A DNA stretch of 64,000 nt from a virus (IMGVR_UViG_2821091796_000001:1-64000), one strand, 5' to 3'; shown: positions 27,557 to 36,844, counted from the stretch's first letter. The notes: generated by a model from the letters alone, not told the origin. Numbers and translations are program-made.

Positions 27557-28321
27557 ATGCCCCGTAAGAATTCAAAGAATACACCCGCCGTTGAAACTGT
27601 TACTGTTGAGGAAGAGTCCGTGCTTGTGCAGGCACTTGCCGAGATCGAGTCCGATACAATCGAGGCATCGGCCGAGACCGCTGAGCCGGACGTGAAGCCC
27701 ACCTATCAGACCATTTTTGAGACCTTCGCCCAGGATGAGGCGAGCATCAACCAGACACGCATCGAGGTTGCCAATGCCTTTGATGAGCGTTCAGCCTTTC
27801 AGAAGGCGAAGAACCCGGACAATGAGAACATCCAGAAGACGCTGGCCAAGGGCCGCGCCAAGATGATCGAAGGAGCCAAGGTCGCTGGCCTGCTCTCTTC
27901 CGGCATCTCCTCAGGCTTCATCAACCGATCTGTGTCTGACGGCGAGCGCTTCAACGTCTACGCCGTCGATAAGATGATCGATATCATCAACGCACTCAAT
28001 ACCGGCTCCGAGCTGTCAAATGCCATCAACAATGCGATCTGCCGGTCGCTGTTCCGCTTCAAGAATGCCGGCGAGAAGTTCACGACGGAAATGGCGCTCG
28101 GCGCAACGTCCGACAAGATCCGCATTCAAGGCACTCTGCACAAGATGCTGGTTCGCCATACTGTCTCGGCCAACACTGCGCCGACACAGAAGTCATCCAC
28201 GATCGTCGCCCTGGAGACGCTCGGTATCATCCGCAACGCCGGCACTGGAAAAGCTGCGATCTACGAGGTGCTCGACACACCGCAGGCGCGCCGTTTGGAA
28301 GAGGTGTTGATGGCAGCATAA
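27557..28321 (+). CDS. hypothetical protein with C-terminal winged-helix-like segment (possible replication initiator/regulator; inference from context)
   Basis: 254 aa; ...LETLGIIRNAGTGKAAIYEVLD; sits directly after repeat region. Confidence 0.4.
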   Translation: MPRKNSKNTPAVETVTVEEESVLVQALAEIESDTIEASAETAEPDVKPTYQTIFETFAQDEASINQTRIEVANAFDERSAFQKAKNPDNENIQKTLAKGRAKMIEGAKVAGLLSSGISSGFINRSVSDGERFNVYAVDKMIDIINALNTGSELSNAINNAICRSLFRFKNAGEKFTTEMALGATSDKIRIQGTLHKMLVRHTVSANTAPTQKSSTIVALETLGIIRNAGTGKAAIYEVLDTPQARRLEEVLMAA

Positions 28322-28342
28322 CAGAGCAGAGCATGGAAGATT

Positions 28343-28378
28343 GATGAAGGAGACGGTTGAGGGACCGTCTCTTTTTTT
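28343..28378 (+). terminator. rho-independent terminator
   Basis: ggagacgg-ttgagggacc-gtctc followed by TTTTTTT. Confidence 0.65.
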
Positions 28379-28595
28379 CTTTGGATCAGGGCTGCCTTGG
28401 TATGCCGAGGCGGAATTAGGAACCGGTGGGCTCCATGGGAGCCGGCGTCAGGAATGGCTTGCTATTCCCTGATGATGATCCGGGAAGGCGATCCAATGCC
28501 CGGACCATGGCAAACCCGTCCCCAGGGCTGAACCGCATCGCTCTCATTGCCAGGACTTACCGTTCGATCACCTTCGTGCATTCGTTACACTCAGA

Positions 28596-28622
28596 ATAGA
28601 CGAAAACACGAAAGGACGAATT
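28596..28622 (+). repeat. ACGAAA tandem-hexamer leader element
   Basis: gACGAAAacACGAAAggACGAAttg then ATG 28625. Confidence 0.45.
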
Positions 28623-28624
28623 GA

Positions 28625-28819
28625 ATGCGCGACACCATGACAATCCGCGATTTGGAGAGGCAGTTCATGATCGACACCAGGTCCAAGACGAACCAGGCAC
28701 AGTCCAGTGAGGATGAGGCGTTCACCATCGATGGCAAGGATCTGCTCGCAGCCTTTGCCATCGCCTCCTTCATTTCCGCCGTCGCATTCATCTCCTGGAT
28801 GACCATCTACGCATTCTAG
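28625..28819 (+). CDS. small protein with C-terminal TM helix
   Basis: 64 aa; ACGAAA-repeat leader upstream. Confidence 0.4.
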   Translation: MRDTMTIRDLERQFMIDTRSKTNQAQSSEDEAFTIDGKDLLAAFAIASFISAVAFISWMTIYAF

Positions 28820-29004
28820 GCAACAAGCCAATCGCAGCGTGGGCTGCGATTGGCTTCGCACTGACCTAGCCTCGGTATGCCAAGGCACGAGGCCCCTTCC
28901 CTCTCCATGGGCTCGCCATGGCGTCAGTGCCGGTCCCTTCCCTCGTCACTTAACCTGAACAAGCCGTCCGACATCCATCAGGGCATTTGCGAATCTGTTC
29001 TTGT

Positions 29005-29040
29005 CGAAAACGACTTAACGAAATGACGAAAGGACGACTC
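29005..29040 (+). repeat. ACGAAA tandem-hexamer leader element
   Basis: aacgacttaACGAAAtgACGAAAggACGActc; near-identical copy at ~32908-32945. Confidence 0.5.
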
Positions 29041-29042
29041 AA

Positions 29043-29390
29043 ATGGCAAATCTTCTCAAGCGCGTATTCTCTCCGGCGGTTCGCAAGGCCGCAGAGGCAC
29101 TCGAGCACGCTCTGGCGCTGTCGGACTATACGCAGCAGGCGAAGATGTCGGCTGAGGAGGGCCTGAATACGCAAAAGGCAATCAATGACACAATCAAGCG
29201 TTATGCCGCGCAGCTGAAGGGCATCGGTCTTATGACGCCGGAGGAAGTCTCGACGGAGATTCAGGCATGTCTCGATCAGATGCGGCTCGAGCGTGCGAAA
29301 TCGCTCAAGGCAAAGCGCGAGGCCTGGGAGCGTCGCCAGGAGGAACGCGCGGCACTCAAGCGTGACTATCCGGAACTGGCACAGATCTAG
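29043..29390 (+). CDS. hypothetical coiled-coil protein
   Basis: 115 aa; leader nearly identical to that of 32952 gene. Confidence 0.4.
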   Translation: MANLLKRVFSPAVRKAAEALEHALALSDYTQQAKMSAEEGLNTQKAINDTIKRYAAQLKGIGLMTPEEVSTEIQACLDQMRLERAKSLKAKREAWERRQEERAALKRDYPELAQI

Positions 29391-29810
29391 ACTGGGCGGA
29401 ACTGTTAGGATCAACAGGGCGTCTCGCAAGGGGCGCCTTTTGTCTGGGGACTGGGTTGGCGTGCCAAGGCACGGTAGTTTGGGGAACGGGGCCATATTCA
29501 GGCATGGGCAGCTAGAACGCCTTGGCAGACCATCCTCCGCCGCCTCCCGCGCCAGGCGCCTTGAAATGCGCCATTTTCGCGCGAAAAGCGCGCTACAAGT
29601 AGCGCGCTAGTGCTTCAAGCGTATAGTTTGCATCGTCTCGCGTCTCGCGAATTGCATCTCTAAAGACGTTGCAGTCTGTTGTAGTATCGACTTCGATCAG
29701 TTCGCTTGCTGCATTGTCATACGCATGTGCTTGCGCGCTCAATACGTGTTTCTTCACTTTGTTCTTTTTCATGATGTTTCTCGCAAGTGTGATCGACTAG
29801 CATTCGCGCT

Positions 29811-29832
29811 AGTCAATCAATTTTGATTTACT
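29811..29832. promoter_or_regulatory. palindromic motif copy between two minus-strand genes
   Basis: agtcaatcaattttgatttact. Confidence 0.5.
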
Positions 29833-30406
29833 TTGTTTCGATAACAGAACGAAGCTTCTGCACAATTGTGCTATCTGCATTGAGCTTATATGTGTGCTTC
29901 GAAACGAGAATGATCATGTTGAGCGCTTGCAGCGACTTCAATGACATTTCAGCTTGACGCTTTGCAGCCTCAAGCATCTGCTCGCGACGTGAAATATACT
30001 GCTCATGATCTTTAGCGATTGCAAAACGCTTGTCTTTCGCGCTTGTGCAGCTTGCACATGCATCATTGAGCGTCATGTGCTTGTCAGCATCAAACAGCTT
30101 GCACGCTGTCATGAATACAGTGCGCGCATTGTCAGTGAACTTGTCTAGTGAAAGCGACTTAAGCGCGACTTGCAGATAAACGGTAGTGCGATCAATCGCT
30201 TTCATGTCGAAGAAATTCGTCGCGTTCTGCTGCTTGTTGATGAATGCAGCATCGATTGCGTTTTCTTCAAGTATTTCTGCGATAGCTGCTTGCTGAAAAT
30301 AAGCATAATTCTTTTTGAGCTTAGCAAGTGTTGCACTGCAAGCTTTGTCTTGCTCGCGTTCAATACGTGCTGCGAACATGTCTGCGATTGCGTTAGTCTG
30401 TGTCAT
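29828..30406 (-). CDS. hypothetical protein
   Basis: 192 aa in AT-richer segment; palindromic motif overlaps its stop. Confidence 0.4.
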   Translation of the reverse strand: MTQTNAIADMFAARIEREQDKACSATLAKLKKNYAYFQQAAIAEILEENAIDAAFINKQQNATNFFDMKAIDRTTVYLQVALKSLSLDKFTDNARTVFMTACKLFDADKHMTLNDACASCTSAKDKRFAIAKDHEQYISRREQMLEAAKRQAEMSLKSLQALNMIILVSKHTYKLNADSTIVQKLRSVIETK

Positions 30407-30864
30407 GATGTTTCTCTTTCTGCGTTGCTTCGAAGTCTCTTATTCGCTTCGATGATTTGACTATAAGCATTTCTCTAAGCTTGTAAAGTCACTTACTGCA
30501 AAATAGATAACTTTTCTTTCATGTGCACATTTGACTCACAGAGCGCGCTAGAGCGCGTTGACGTGTTGCTAAGTGTATGTGAACGCGAAAGAGCTAGAAC
30601 GCGCTGTGTGACGCGCTGTGTTCGAATGCGTATATGTCGCGCGAGTTATCGAGCGTGCATTGAACGAAGTCTTAGAAAATTCGCGTGGTCGCTGTATGGG
30701 ATGCCTTCTGTCGCCTGAGCACTCCGGAAACGAAGCACCTCTATTCGTGGCAGAATGGCGCTCTACGGACGATAGGACGAAGGGACGAAATAGCGAATTC
30801 GCCATTTACCGGACTCGCTGCATTTGGTAATACGCAAGTGGGGACTTGGAGGAGTTGGGGTATC

Positions 30865-31713
30865 TTGTGGCATTTCGTAGAGAATGAAGCTCCTGTCGGG
30901 CCAGTGTCCGAGCAGGAAATGATTGATCGTATTCGTGACGGCCGAATTAAACCGTCAACGCTGGTCTGGTCCGAAGGCGCTGTTGGCTGGGAACCAGCGG
31001 ATACTGTGGAAGCTTTCAACAGGGTGTTCCGCGTAACTCCGCCTCCTCTTCCCTCTGCCACAAAAGAGCCGCCTCCTGTCGTTGCATCCGCTACTGTAAA
31101 AGAAGAACCAAGAGTATCCCTTCGGCCCGAACCGCCCGTAATCGAAGTGCAGGGCTCACCATGGTCTCGCTTCGCAGCTAGAGGGCTCGACCAGGTCATA
31201 TGGTCGATTCCAATGATTTTCGTGCTGTTGATGATTGTGGCGATCACTCACAGTCAGACGTTCATCAAGCTATTGGATAATCGCGTAGCCGCGATCCTGA
31301 TGTCGCTGCCCATCTTCGGTTTGTTCAACGCGCTATCGATGTCGATATTTGGGAACACTCTCGGAAAGGCCCTTATGGGCGTAGTCGTCAAAGCCAAGGA
31401 CGGAGCCAGGGAGGGCTTTCTGTTCTATCTCATTCGCGAGCTAAATGTTCTCGTTGTTGGCTTTGGATTTGGGATTCCATTCGTTTCTCTATTCACGCAA
31501 TTGTATCAGCACAGCCAGGTGAAAACAAAAGGTCAGGCAAGCTACGATAAAGGCGTTGCTCGGGTAGAGGTATATTTCACCAGCAATGTCCGCGTGGGTG
31601 TTGTGCTTACGGCTGTCGTGCTTGCAACCGTGTATTTCAATTCACCTGCCGCGGAACCTCTCGCAATTGCGTTGGGCAAAGCCGCCGGCAGTCTGGTCGC
31701 AAGTTTTCGCTAA
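30865..31713 (+). CDS. DUF4339(GYF-like)-RDD family membrane protein
   Basis: WHFVENEAPVGPVSEQEMIDRIRDGRIKPSTLVWSEGAVGWEPA (DUF4339-like) followed by multi-TM RDD-like domain; start uncertain (TTG 30865 or GTG 30838). Confidence 0.45.
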   Translation: MWHFVENEAPVGPVSEQEMIDRIRDGRIKPSTLVWSEGAVGWEPADTVEAFNRVFRVTPPPLPSATKEPPPVVASATVKEEPRVSLRPEPPVIEVQGSPWSRFAARGLDQVIWSIPMIFVLLMIVAITHSQTFIKLLDNRVAAILMSLPIFGLFNALSMSIFGNTLGKALMGVVVKAKDGAREGFLFYLIRELNVLVVGFGFGIPFVSLFTQLYQHSQVKTKGQASYDKGVARVEVYFTSNVRVGVVLTAVVLATVYFNSPAAEPLAIALGKAAGSLVASFR

Positions 31714-31949
31714 TTAACGAAGAGACGAAATGGCGAAAGCGCGGCTTTCACGTCCAGAGAAAAACCATGTATGTCGAGAAGAGCTACGCATGGTATTTCA
31801 GCCTCCTGAGTTCCAGTCTCTGTTCCTTGTCCAGTCCGCCGTGCTTCTTCAACCAGATGAGAAGCTGTAACCGGGCCGCATTACGGCGCTGCTGAATCTC
31901 GAGGGAACGAAAGGACGATTCCAATACTTCGTTCATTCGTTCAAATGCC

Positions 31950-32480
31950 TCAGACATAGGGTTTGCCCATCCAGTAATCGCGCACGATCTTGTCGGCGCG
32001 CTGCCAAAGGCCGAAATCTCCTCCCTGCAGAACAGTCAGGAGAACTTGCTTCTCGCGCATGTAGACTTTGGCAAAATCCGGGTCGTGTGCGACGATTGTG
32101 GCTGTGTTGTCGATGAGATCGCACAGCTTGATGGTCATGGCATCGTTCGAGATTGTGGCGATCCGCTCCGTCTCAAGCTTAAACCGTGTCTTCCGATTGC
32201 CAGCGCTCATGGGAACCTTGTTGGTCAGTTCATCAACCAGCTTGCAGACACGGACATCGAAATATTCGCGCAGCAGAGCCAGGGTGACGCCGGTATCCTC
32301 GACCACGTCATGCAGGTAGGCGGCGCAGAGCATGGCATCATCATAGTTCGCTGCTTGCTTAACGAGCTGCGCCACTGCGACTGGATGAACGATATAGGGT
32401 AGTCCCGTGTATTTACGGCGTTGATCGATTGCCGCATGCGCAGCATTGGCAAATAAGAGTGCATTTCCTGGAATATTCAT
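31950..32480 (-). CDS. small alarmone hydrolase (RelA/SpoT-type HD domain, (p)ppGpp hydrolase)
   Basis: AAYLHDVVEDTGVTLALLREYFDVRVCKLVDELT matches SpoT/Mesh1 HD hydrolase core; 176 aa single domain. Confidence 0.65.
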   Translation of the reverse strand: MNIPGNALLFANAAHAAIDQRRKYTGLPYIVHPVAVAQLVKQAANYDDAMLCAAYLHDVVEDTGVTLALLREYFDVRVCKLVDELTNKVPMSAGNRKTRFKLETERIATISNDAMTIKLCDLIDNTATIVAHDPDFAKVYMREKQVLLTVLQGGDFGLWQRADKIVRDYWMGKPYV

Positions 32481-32543
32481 CGCTGTGTTCTCTCTATCGT
32501 CAAATCGTCATTTCGCTTTATAGCGAAATAGCGCTAGAATATC

Positions 32544-32560
32544 AGTCAATTTTGATTTAC
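32544..32560. promoter_or_regulatory. palindromic motif copy in divergent region
   Basis: agtcaattttgatttac. Confidence 0.5.
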
Positions 32561-32590
32561 CTTTTGGTATTCAAAACAACGGAGACAAGC

Positions 32591-32833
32591 ATGTCTGAAA
32601 GACTATCAATCAAAGGCGATGTGAGCCACTCAGCAACAGAGCGGCAGAACCTCGAGTTCGTCGGTGCAGGTGGGCCGGGAATTATGGTTTCACTCGGGAC
32701 GGCCGATAATCTGCACACAGCAATCGCCAAGACACGTCTCGGGATCCTGCAGGACCAGGCGAACGGCGTGAAAGACCGCGACTATACACTTCATGTAGAG
32801 CCGGCTGCTTCCTCATGCACGACGGGAGAATGA
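32591..32833 (+). CDS. hypothetical protein
   Basis: 80 aa. Confidence 0.35.
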   Translation: MSERLSIKGDVSHSATERQNLEFVGAGGPGIMVSLGTADNLHTAIAKTRLGILQDQANGVKDRDYTLHVEPAASSCTTGE

Positions 32834-32907
32834 TCGTGGCTTGGGTTTTGCGGAAAGTAGCGCGCTATCTCGGTTCGGCTGGCAATGAGAGCCTCGGCGC
32901 CTGGGCG

Positions 32908-32948
32908 AGCTATGAACGACTTAACGAAATGGCGAAAGGACGAAAGCT
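32908..32948 (+). repeat. ACGAAA tandem-hexamer leader element
   Basis: aacgacttaACGAAAtggCGAAAggACGAAAgct then ATG 32952. Confidence 0.5.
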
Positions 32949-32951
32949 CTG

Positions 32952-33161
32952 ATGTTCGATATCTTCAAGGGAATCTTTCAATTCCTCATCTTTCTGATCG
33001 GCTTCGTCGTCACAATCATTGCGGCTTTGCTCGGCGGCACTATTCTGACGCTATTCTGGGCTGTGCCGGTATGGATGATAGCCGTCATTTCCATTGCGCT
33101 GGCTATCATCGTTGGTGCCTTGCTGGTCGAACTGTCAGACCTGCATATCGAGATCAGATGA
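32952..33161 (+). CDS. small hydrophobic two-TM protein
   Basis: 69 aa, almost entirely hydrophobic; shares leader with 29043 gene. Confidence 0.45.
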   Translation: MFDIFKGIFQFLIFLIGFVVTIIAALLGGTILTLFWAVPVWMIAVISIALAIIVGALLVELSDLHIEIR

Positions 33162-33434
33162 TCACTTCGCCGCCTTGTGCTTTTCGACCCAGGCGGCGAA
33201 GGCCTGCTCAAGCAGATCGCGATAACTGATATCGTGCGTTGCAGCCGTCAATTTAAACACGCGTTTGAACTCCTTATCGACCTTGAAGTTCAAATTTGCA
33301 TACTCTGTTTCAGTCATATTGTTCGGAACAGAAGTCGGCGCAAAGGTCGGCACTTCTGACAAACCACCCAGAAACGACGCCCTCGCGCGTTTTGGTGCCG
33401 GAACAGGGGCCTTCGTTGTCTTTGTGTCAGCCAT
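33162..33434 (-). CDS. ParG-like ribbon-helix-helix partition protein
   Basis: 90 aa, disordered basic N-terminus then short helical C-terminus; immediately downstream of and overlapping parA. Confidence 0.45.
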   Translation of the reverse strand: MADTKTTKAPVPAPKRARASFLGGLSEVPTFAPTSVPNNMTETEYANLNFKVDKEFKRVFKLTAATHDISYRDLLEQAFAAWVEKHKAAK

Positions 33435-34074
33435 TATACTTCTCCTCTATCTCGTTAACACGTGACACGATCTCCGCGGCCAACTGGTCCGCCCGCTCGT
33501 TCAATGTGGGGAAATTCGTCTCGGCAATCGTCAAGCCAACGTTCTGCGCCATTTGGTAGCCAGTCTTATGGCCGAGATCCGTCTCTGCAACGCGGTAGAT
33601 GCTCGACAGATATTGTCTGGCCTCCTGCACCGCGAGCTTGCTGTCCGTTGTCTTGTTGAGAACAAACAGAATGGTTTCCTTATCGACACCGCGCTCCACG
33701 AGCTCGTTGGCGAAGAGAATTTGCGGCTCCAGGTCGTCCAGCGTCAGTCCGGTCGGTATAACGTTGAGCGTGGCAATCCTGGCGATCTCAAGCGAGGATT
33801 GATCACTATCTGGCGTCCCATCGGCGACGATCAGGTCGTAATTGTCGCGCCGGATTGAGCGGATCGTTGTGCAGACCTCGGCAGCAATTTCAGGCGTCGC
33901 CCCAAGCGCCATTCGACGCGCCGCCCATTTGGTCGAAGTGAGCTGATTGACGTTGAAGTCGGCGATCTTGACGCTCCAGCCCGCCGACGCGTAGGTCCGG
34001 GCGATGAGACGCGCAAACGTTGATTTGCCGACGCCGCCCTTCTGGGACAAGCACGATATGACGTTTTCGACCAT
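33427..34074 (-). CDS. parA: ParA/ParF-type partition ATPase (small type Ib)
   Basis: deviant Walker A SQKGGVGKST, 215 aa. Confidence 0.75.
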   Translation of the reverse strand: MVENVISCLSQKGGVGKSTFARLIARTYASAGWSVKIADFNVNQLTSTKWAARRMALGATPEIAAEVCTTIRSIRRDNYDLIVADGTPDSDQSSLEIARIATLNVIPTGLTLDDLEPQILFANELVERGVDKETILFVLNKTTDSKLAVQEARQYLSSIYRVAETDLGHKTGYQMAQNVGLTIAETNFPTLNERADQLAAEIVSRVNEIEEKYNG

Positions 34075-34077
34075 TAG

Positions 34078-34112
34078 TCTTTTCGCTCCTGCGTCTTTTC
34101 GTTCTTTCGTCC
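34078..34112 (-). repeat. ACGAAA tandem-hexamer leader element in parA 5' UTR
   Basis: minus-strand reads aaggACGAAAgaACGAAAagACGcagg then ggagcgaaaagacta ATG. Confidence 0.45.
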
Positions 34113-34191
34113 TTACATGATTCGTAGGGATTCTCGCAAGACACGAAAAAGGGGCCAGAAGGCCCCTTTACACTTATTCAGGTTTCGGCTG

Positions 34192-35610
34192 CTAAGCAGC
34201 GAGCTCCTCCTTCAGACGCTTCTCGGTGCGAGCACGCAGCTCAGAAAGGGAGGTTAGTGCTTCGAGATTTCCCTTCGAGTAGACCACTTTGAGCAGATTG
34301 TCTTGCAGTTCGACCTGATCTTCAGCCAGTGTTACGACCGGATAATCAATGAGCCTTGTCGCGCAGACTGCAAGACGACCCGCCTTTGACGCCTTCGTCG
34401 GATCTGTCGCCGGCCGCTTCTGAACCGGAACCCATTCGCCATTGTCGATCTGAATTGCATTTGCCTTCATAGCAAAGCGCAGGTCATCGCGCATGACGCC
34501 CTGGAGAAGTCCGCCTCCCATGCCAACAGCGATATTGTCAGCCGACCAGCCTTCAAGCAGAAGGGTGCAAAAGAGTCGGTCGATCTTCTCGAGGTCCATG
34601 CCGTCGCCCTGGATGACGCGCACCTTTGGGTTCAACACCTTGTAGCCTTTCGAATTGATCGTCCCGCCGAACTTTTCCCAAAGCGCGTGAAGGACATCAA
34701 GAGGAGTCGTTACCGGATCACCGCTATCAGGACGAACAACCAGCGTTCCGCCCATCTTGAGCACTTTTTCCTTCAATTCGCCGCCCCAGACGTTCTCGAC
34801 TGCATTCATGAGGTCGTAGCTGTCAGAAACGACCGCAACGATACCAGACCCGAACTGATCGATCATATTGCTGTAGGCATCGGCCTCGCGATCCTTGCCC
34901 CAAGAAGTGATGGTCGAATGTTCCGCGGCTGGGATTGAGAAAGCTGGCATCTCGTTGGCGCCATAGTATCGACGGGCAAATTCCAGCGCTTCCATCGTGT
35001 CAGTTCCTTTGAAATTGACCAGATGCGCGAACCCGCCAAGTGCTGCACTTTCGCTCGAAGAAACGCCCCTTGCGCCGAAATCATGCAGTTTGAAGGGTAT
35101 CTGACCATCCGGATCTTCGGAGCTTTGCAGAAGCGCCCTATAGATGATCTTTTTCACATGGTAAGAAAGCGTTGCGACAGTCGAGGGATACCAAATTGCG
35201 CGGAGCAGGGCGGTTTCGATGAAGGTCGAGAGCCAGGGAAGACGCGGATCCAGATTGCGCACCTGCACAAGCGGCGTTCCCAGCGGAACGACGGATCCTT
35301 CGGCAAGCGCCTGAATTTCGATCGGCAATCGGCCGTTATGCTCGAGCCGGATAATATCCCATCCTTCACGATTGAACGGCAGGCCATGCTCCTTGCAGAC
35401 CAGTTCGGCCTCATCGACATCAAGGCTGTCGATCTTCTCTGTGAGATACTGCTTGATGAACGCCTGCAGACCAACAAAAACGACCTCTTTGAAAATCCCG
35501 CCGGCGCGTGCTTCGACATAGGCCGAAACAGCGGTCGTCTGGGGCGGATATTGAAGGAAGTGAGACTGTTTGTAGCTATCGGTAGCAAGAATAAGATTGC
35601 GGAAAGACAT
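34192..35610 (-). CDS. nadV: nicotinamide phosphoribosyltransferase (NadV/Nampt)
   Basis: 472 aa; N-terminal ILATDSYKQSHF and overall Nampt-family layout. Confidence 0.8.
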   Translation of the reverse strand: MSFRNLILATDSYKQSHFLQYPPQTTAVSAYVEARAGGIFKEVVFVGLQAFIKQYLTEKIDSLDVDEAELVCKEHGLPFNREGWDIIRLEHNGRLPIEIQALAEGSVVPLGTPLVQVRNLDPRLPWLSTFIETALLRAIWYPSTVATLSYHVKKIIYRALLQSSEDPDGQIPFKLHDFGARGVSSSESAALGGFAHLVNFKGTDTMEALEFARRYYGANEMPAFSIPAAEHSTITSWGKDREADAYSNMIDQFGSGIVAVVSDSYDLMNAVENVWGGELKEKVLKMGGTLVVRPDSGDPVTTPLDVLHALWEKFGGTINSKGYKVLNPKVRVIQGDGMDLEKIDRLFCTLLLEGWSADNIAVGMGGGLLQGVMRDDLRFAMKANAIQIDNGEWVPVQKRPATDPTKASKAGRLAVCATRLIDYPVVTLAEDQVELQDNLLKVVYSKGNLEALTSLSELRARTEKRLKEELAA

Positions 35611-35660
35611 CGTGAACTCCTCACGTTTGAATTTTGATGGAACAGCGGACTCCCCGCTGC

Positions 35661-36719
35661 TTAGAAACCGATCATCTTCTGCAAGATTGACCAGTGATCC
35701 TCGAAGAACACCTGTGGCTCGAGGTCGCCAAGACGATACCAGTCGGCATGTTCGGCATCGTCGGAGCCCTTCACTGTGAAAAGCTCCTTTGAATCGGGTA
35801 GAACGAACCGATAGGCTGTTGTCACAATCCTACCGCGCAGTGAGCGCTTGGGGTGATCGAACAATTCGCTTCCGGTGATGAAGGATGCGAGCATCGAGGG
35901 CGGGATTTCGCCCTTTCTGTCAGAGATTTTGGTCTCTTCCTTCAGTTCACGCACCGAAGCATCGCGGATCTGCTCGTTCTCGTTGACGAAGCCGCCGGGA
36001 AGAGCGAGCAGGCCGTGACCGTATTCCTTGCCGCGACGGATCAACAGCACATGACCGGATTGTGTGACACAGGCGTCGGCCGTCAGGAACGGGCCTTTGC
36101 CATAGGTCTTGCGATAGTCGATCAGATATTGCTGCTCATACACGCGCCTCTTGAACTCTTCGGTGAGCATGTATTCTTCCAGAAAACCCGCCACCTGGTC
36201 ATCAAGACCGCGTGTAGGGATCAAGGGAAGGGGTTGAAAGTAGGCAGCACGAATGTTCGACGCATTGAATGTGCCGAACTGACTGCCGATCTGGATCGAC
36301 TCCCACTCAGGAAAGCGTTTCAGATAAAAGCCGGTAGCGTCCTTCCCGAAGCCGGCAAGAGCGACCTTGAAGTCATTGATGCCTGAAGTGTGGAAACCGT
36401 GATTGTTTCCGTATTCAAGAATGATATCGGTAATCGTGCGCTGCACGCTCGCGATCCAGGCACTATCATTGTAGAGATTATCTTCCAGCGGCTCAACGAT
36501 GAGACGTTCAGTTGCCATTTCGTGGCGAAAGACACGATGGATCATCTCCTTGCGTTCCTCGAAAGTGAACGGGTTGGCGAAGTCCCTGGCGATGTTGGAA
36601 GATCCGATCAGCACGATCACTCGCTCAGCCTGTTTTAAAGCTTCACGAATGACGTGCTGATGACCGATATGCAGTGGTTGAAATCTGCCGATGAATACGG
36701 CGAAGTGATACTTAGACAC
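35661..36719 (-). CDS. nadM: bifunctional NMN adenylyltransferase / Nudix hydrolase (NadM-Nudix)
   Basis: FIGRFQPLHIGH (H/T-x-G-H nucleotidyltransferase motif) N-terminal; C-terminal Nudix box GGFVNENEQIRDASVRELKEETKI. Confidence 0.8.
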   Translation of the reverse strand: MSKYHFAVFIGRFQPLHIGHQHVIREALKQAERVIVLIGSSNIARDFANPFTFEERKEMIHRVFRHEMATERLIVEPLEDNLYNDSAWIASVQRTITDIILEYGNNHGFHTSGINDFKVALAGFGKDATGFYLKRFPEWESIQIGSQFGTFNASNIRAAYFQPLPLIPTRGLDDQVAGFLEEYMLTEEFKRRVYEQQYLIDYRKTYGKGPFLTADACVTQSGHVLLIRRGKEYGHGLLALPGGFVNENEQIRDASVRELKEETKISDRKGEIPPSMLASFITGSELFDHPKRSLRGRIVTTAYRFVLPDSKELFTVKGSDDAEHADWYRLGDLEPQVFFEDHWSILQKMIGF

Positions 36720-36844
36720 TCGAGACTCCCTCGAACTATGTTGAATGCGCTGAACTCCTCAGCGCTCACACAGACTATTATAGCAGCGATCGTCAGGGCT
36801 ACATCGAGAAAATGCAGGAAAGTGCACGGCGGCTGATCCCGTAT

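Noticed and set aside
30521-30718. Track ORF 30521..30718 (65 aa, Arg/Cys-rich)
   Set aside because: It overlaps the leader region of the 30865 gene. Its low-complexity Arg/Cys composition is typical of a spurious frame, and there is no SD.
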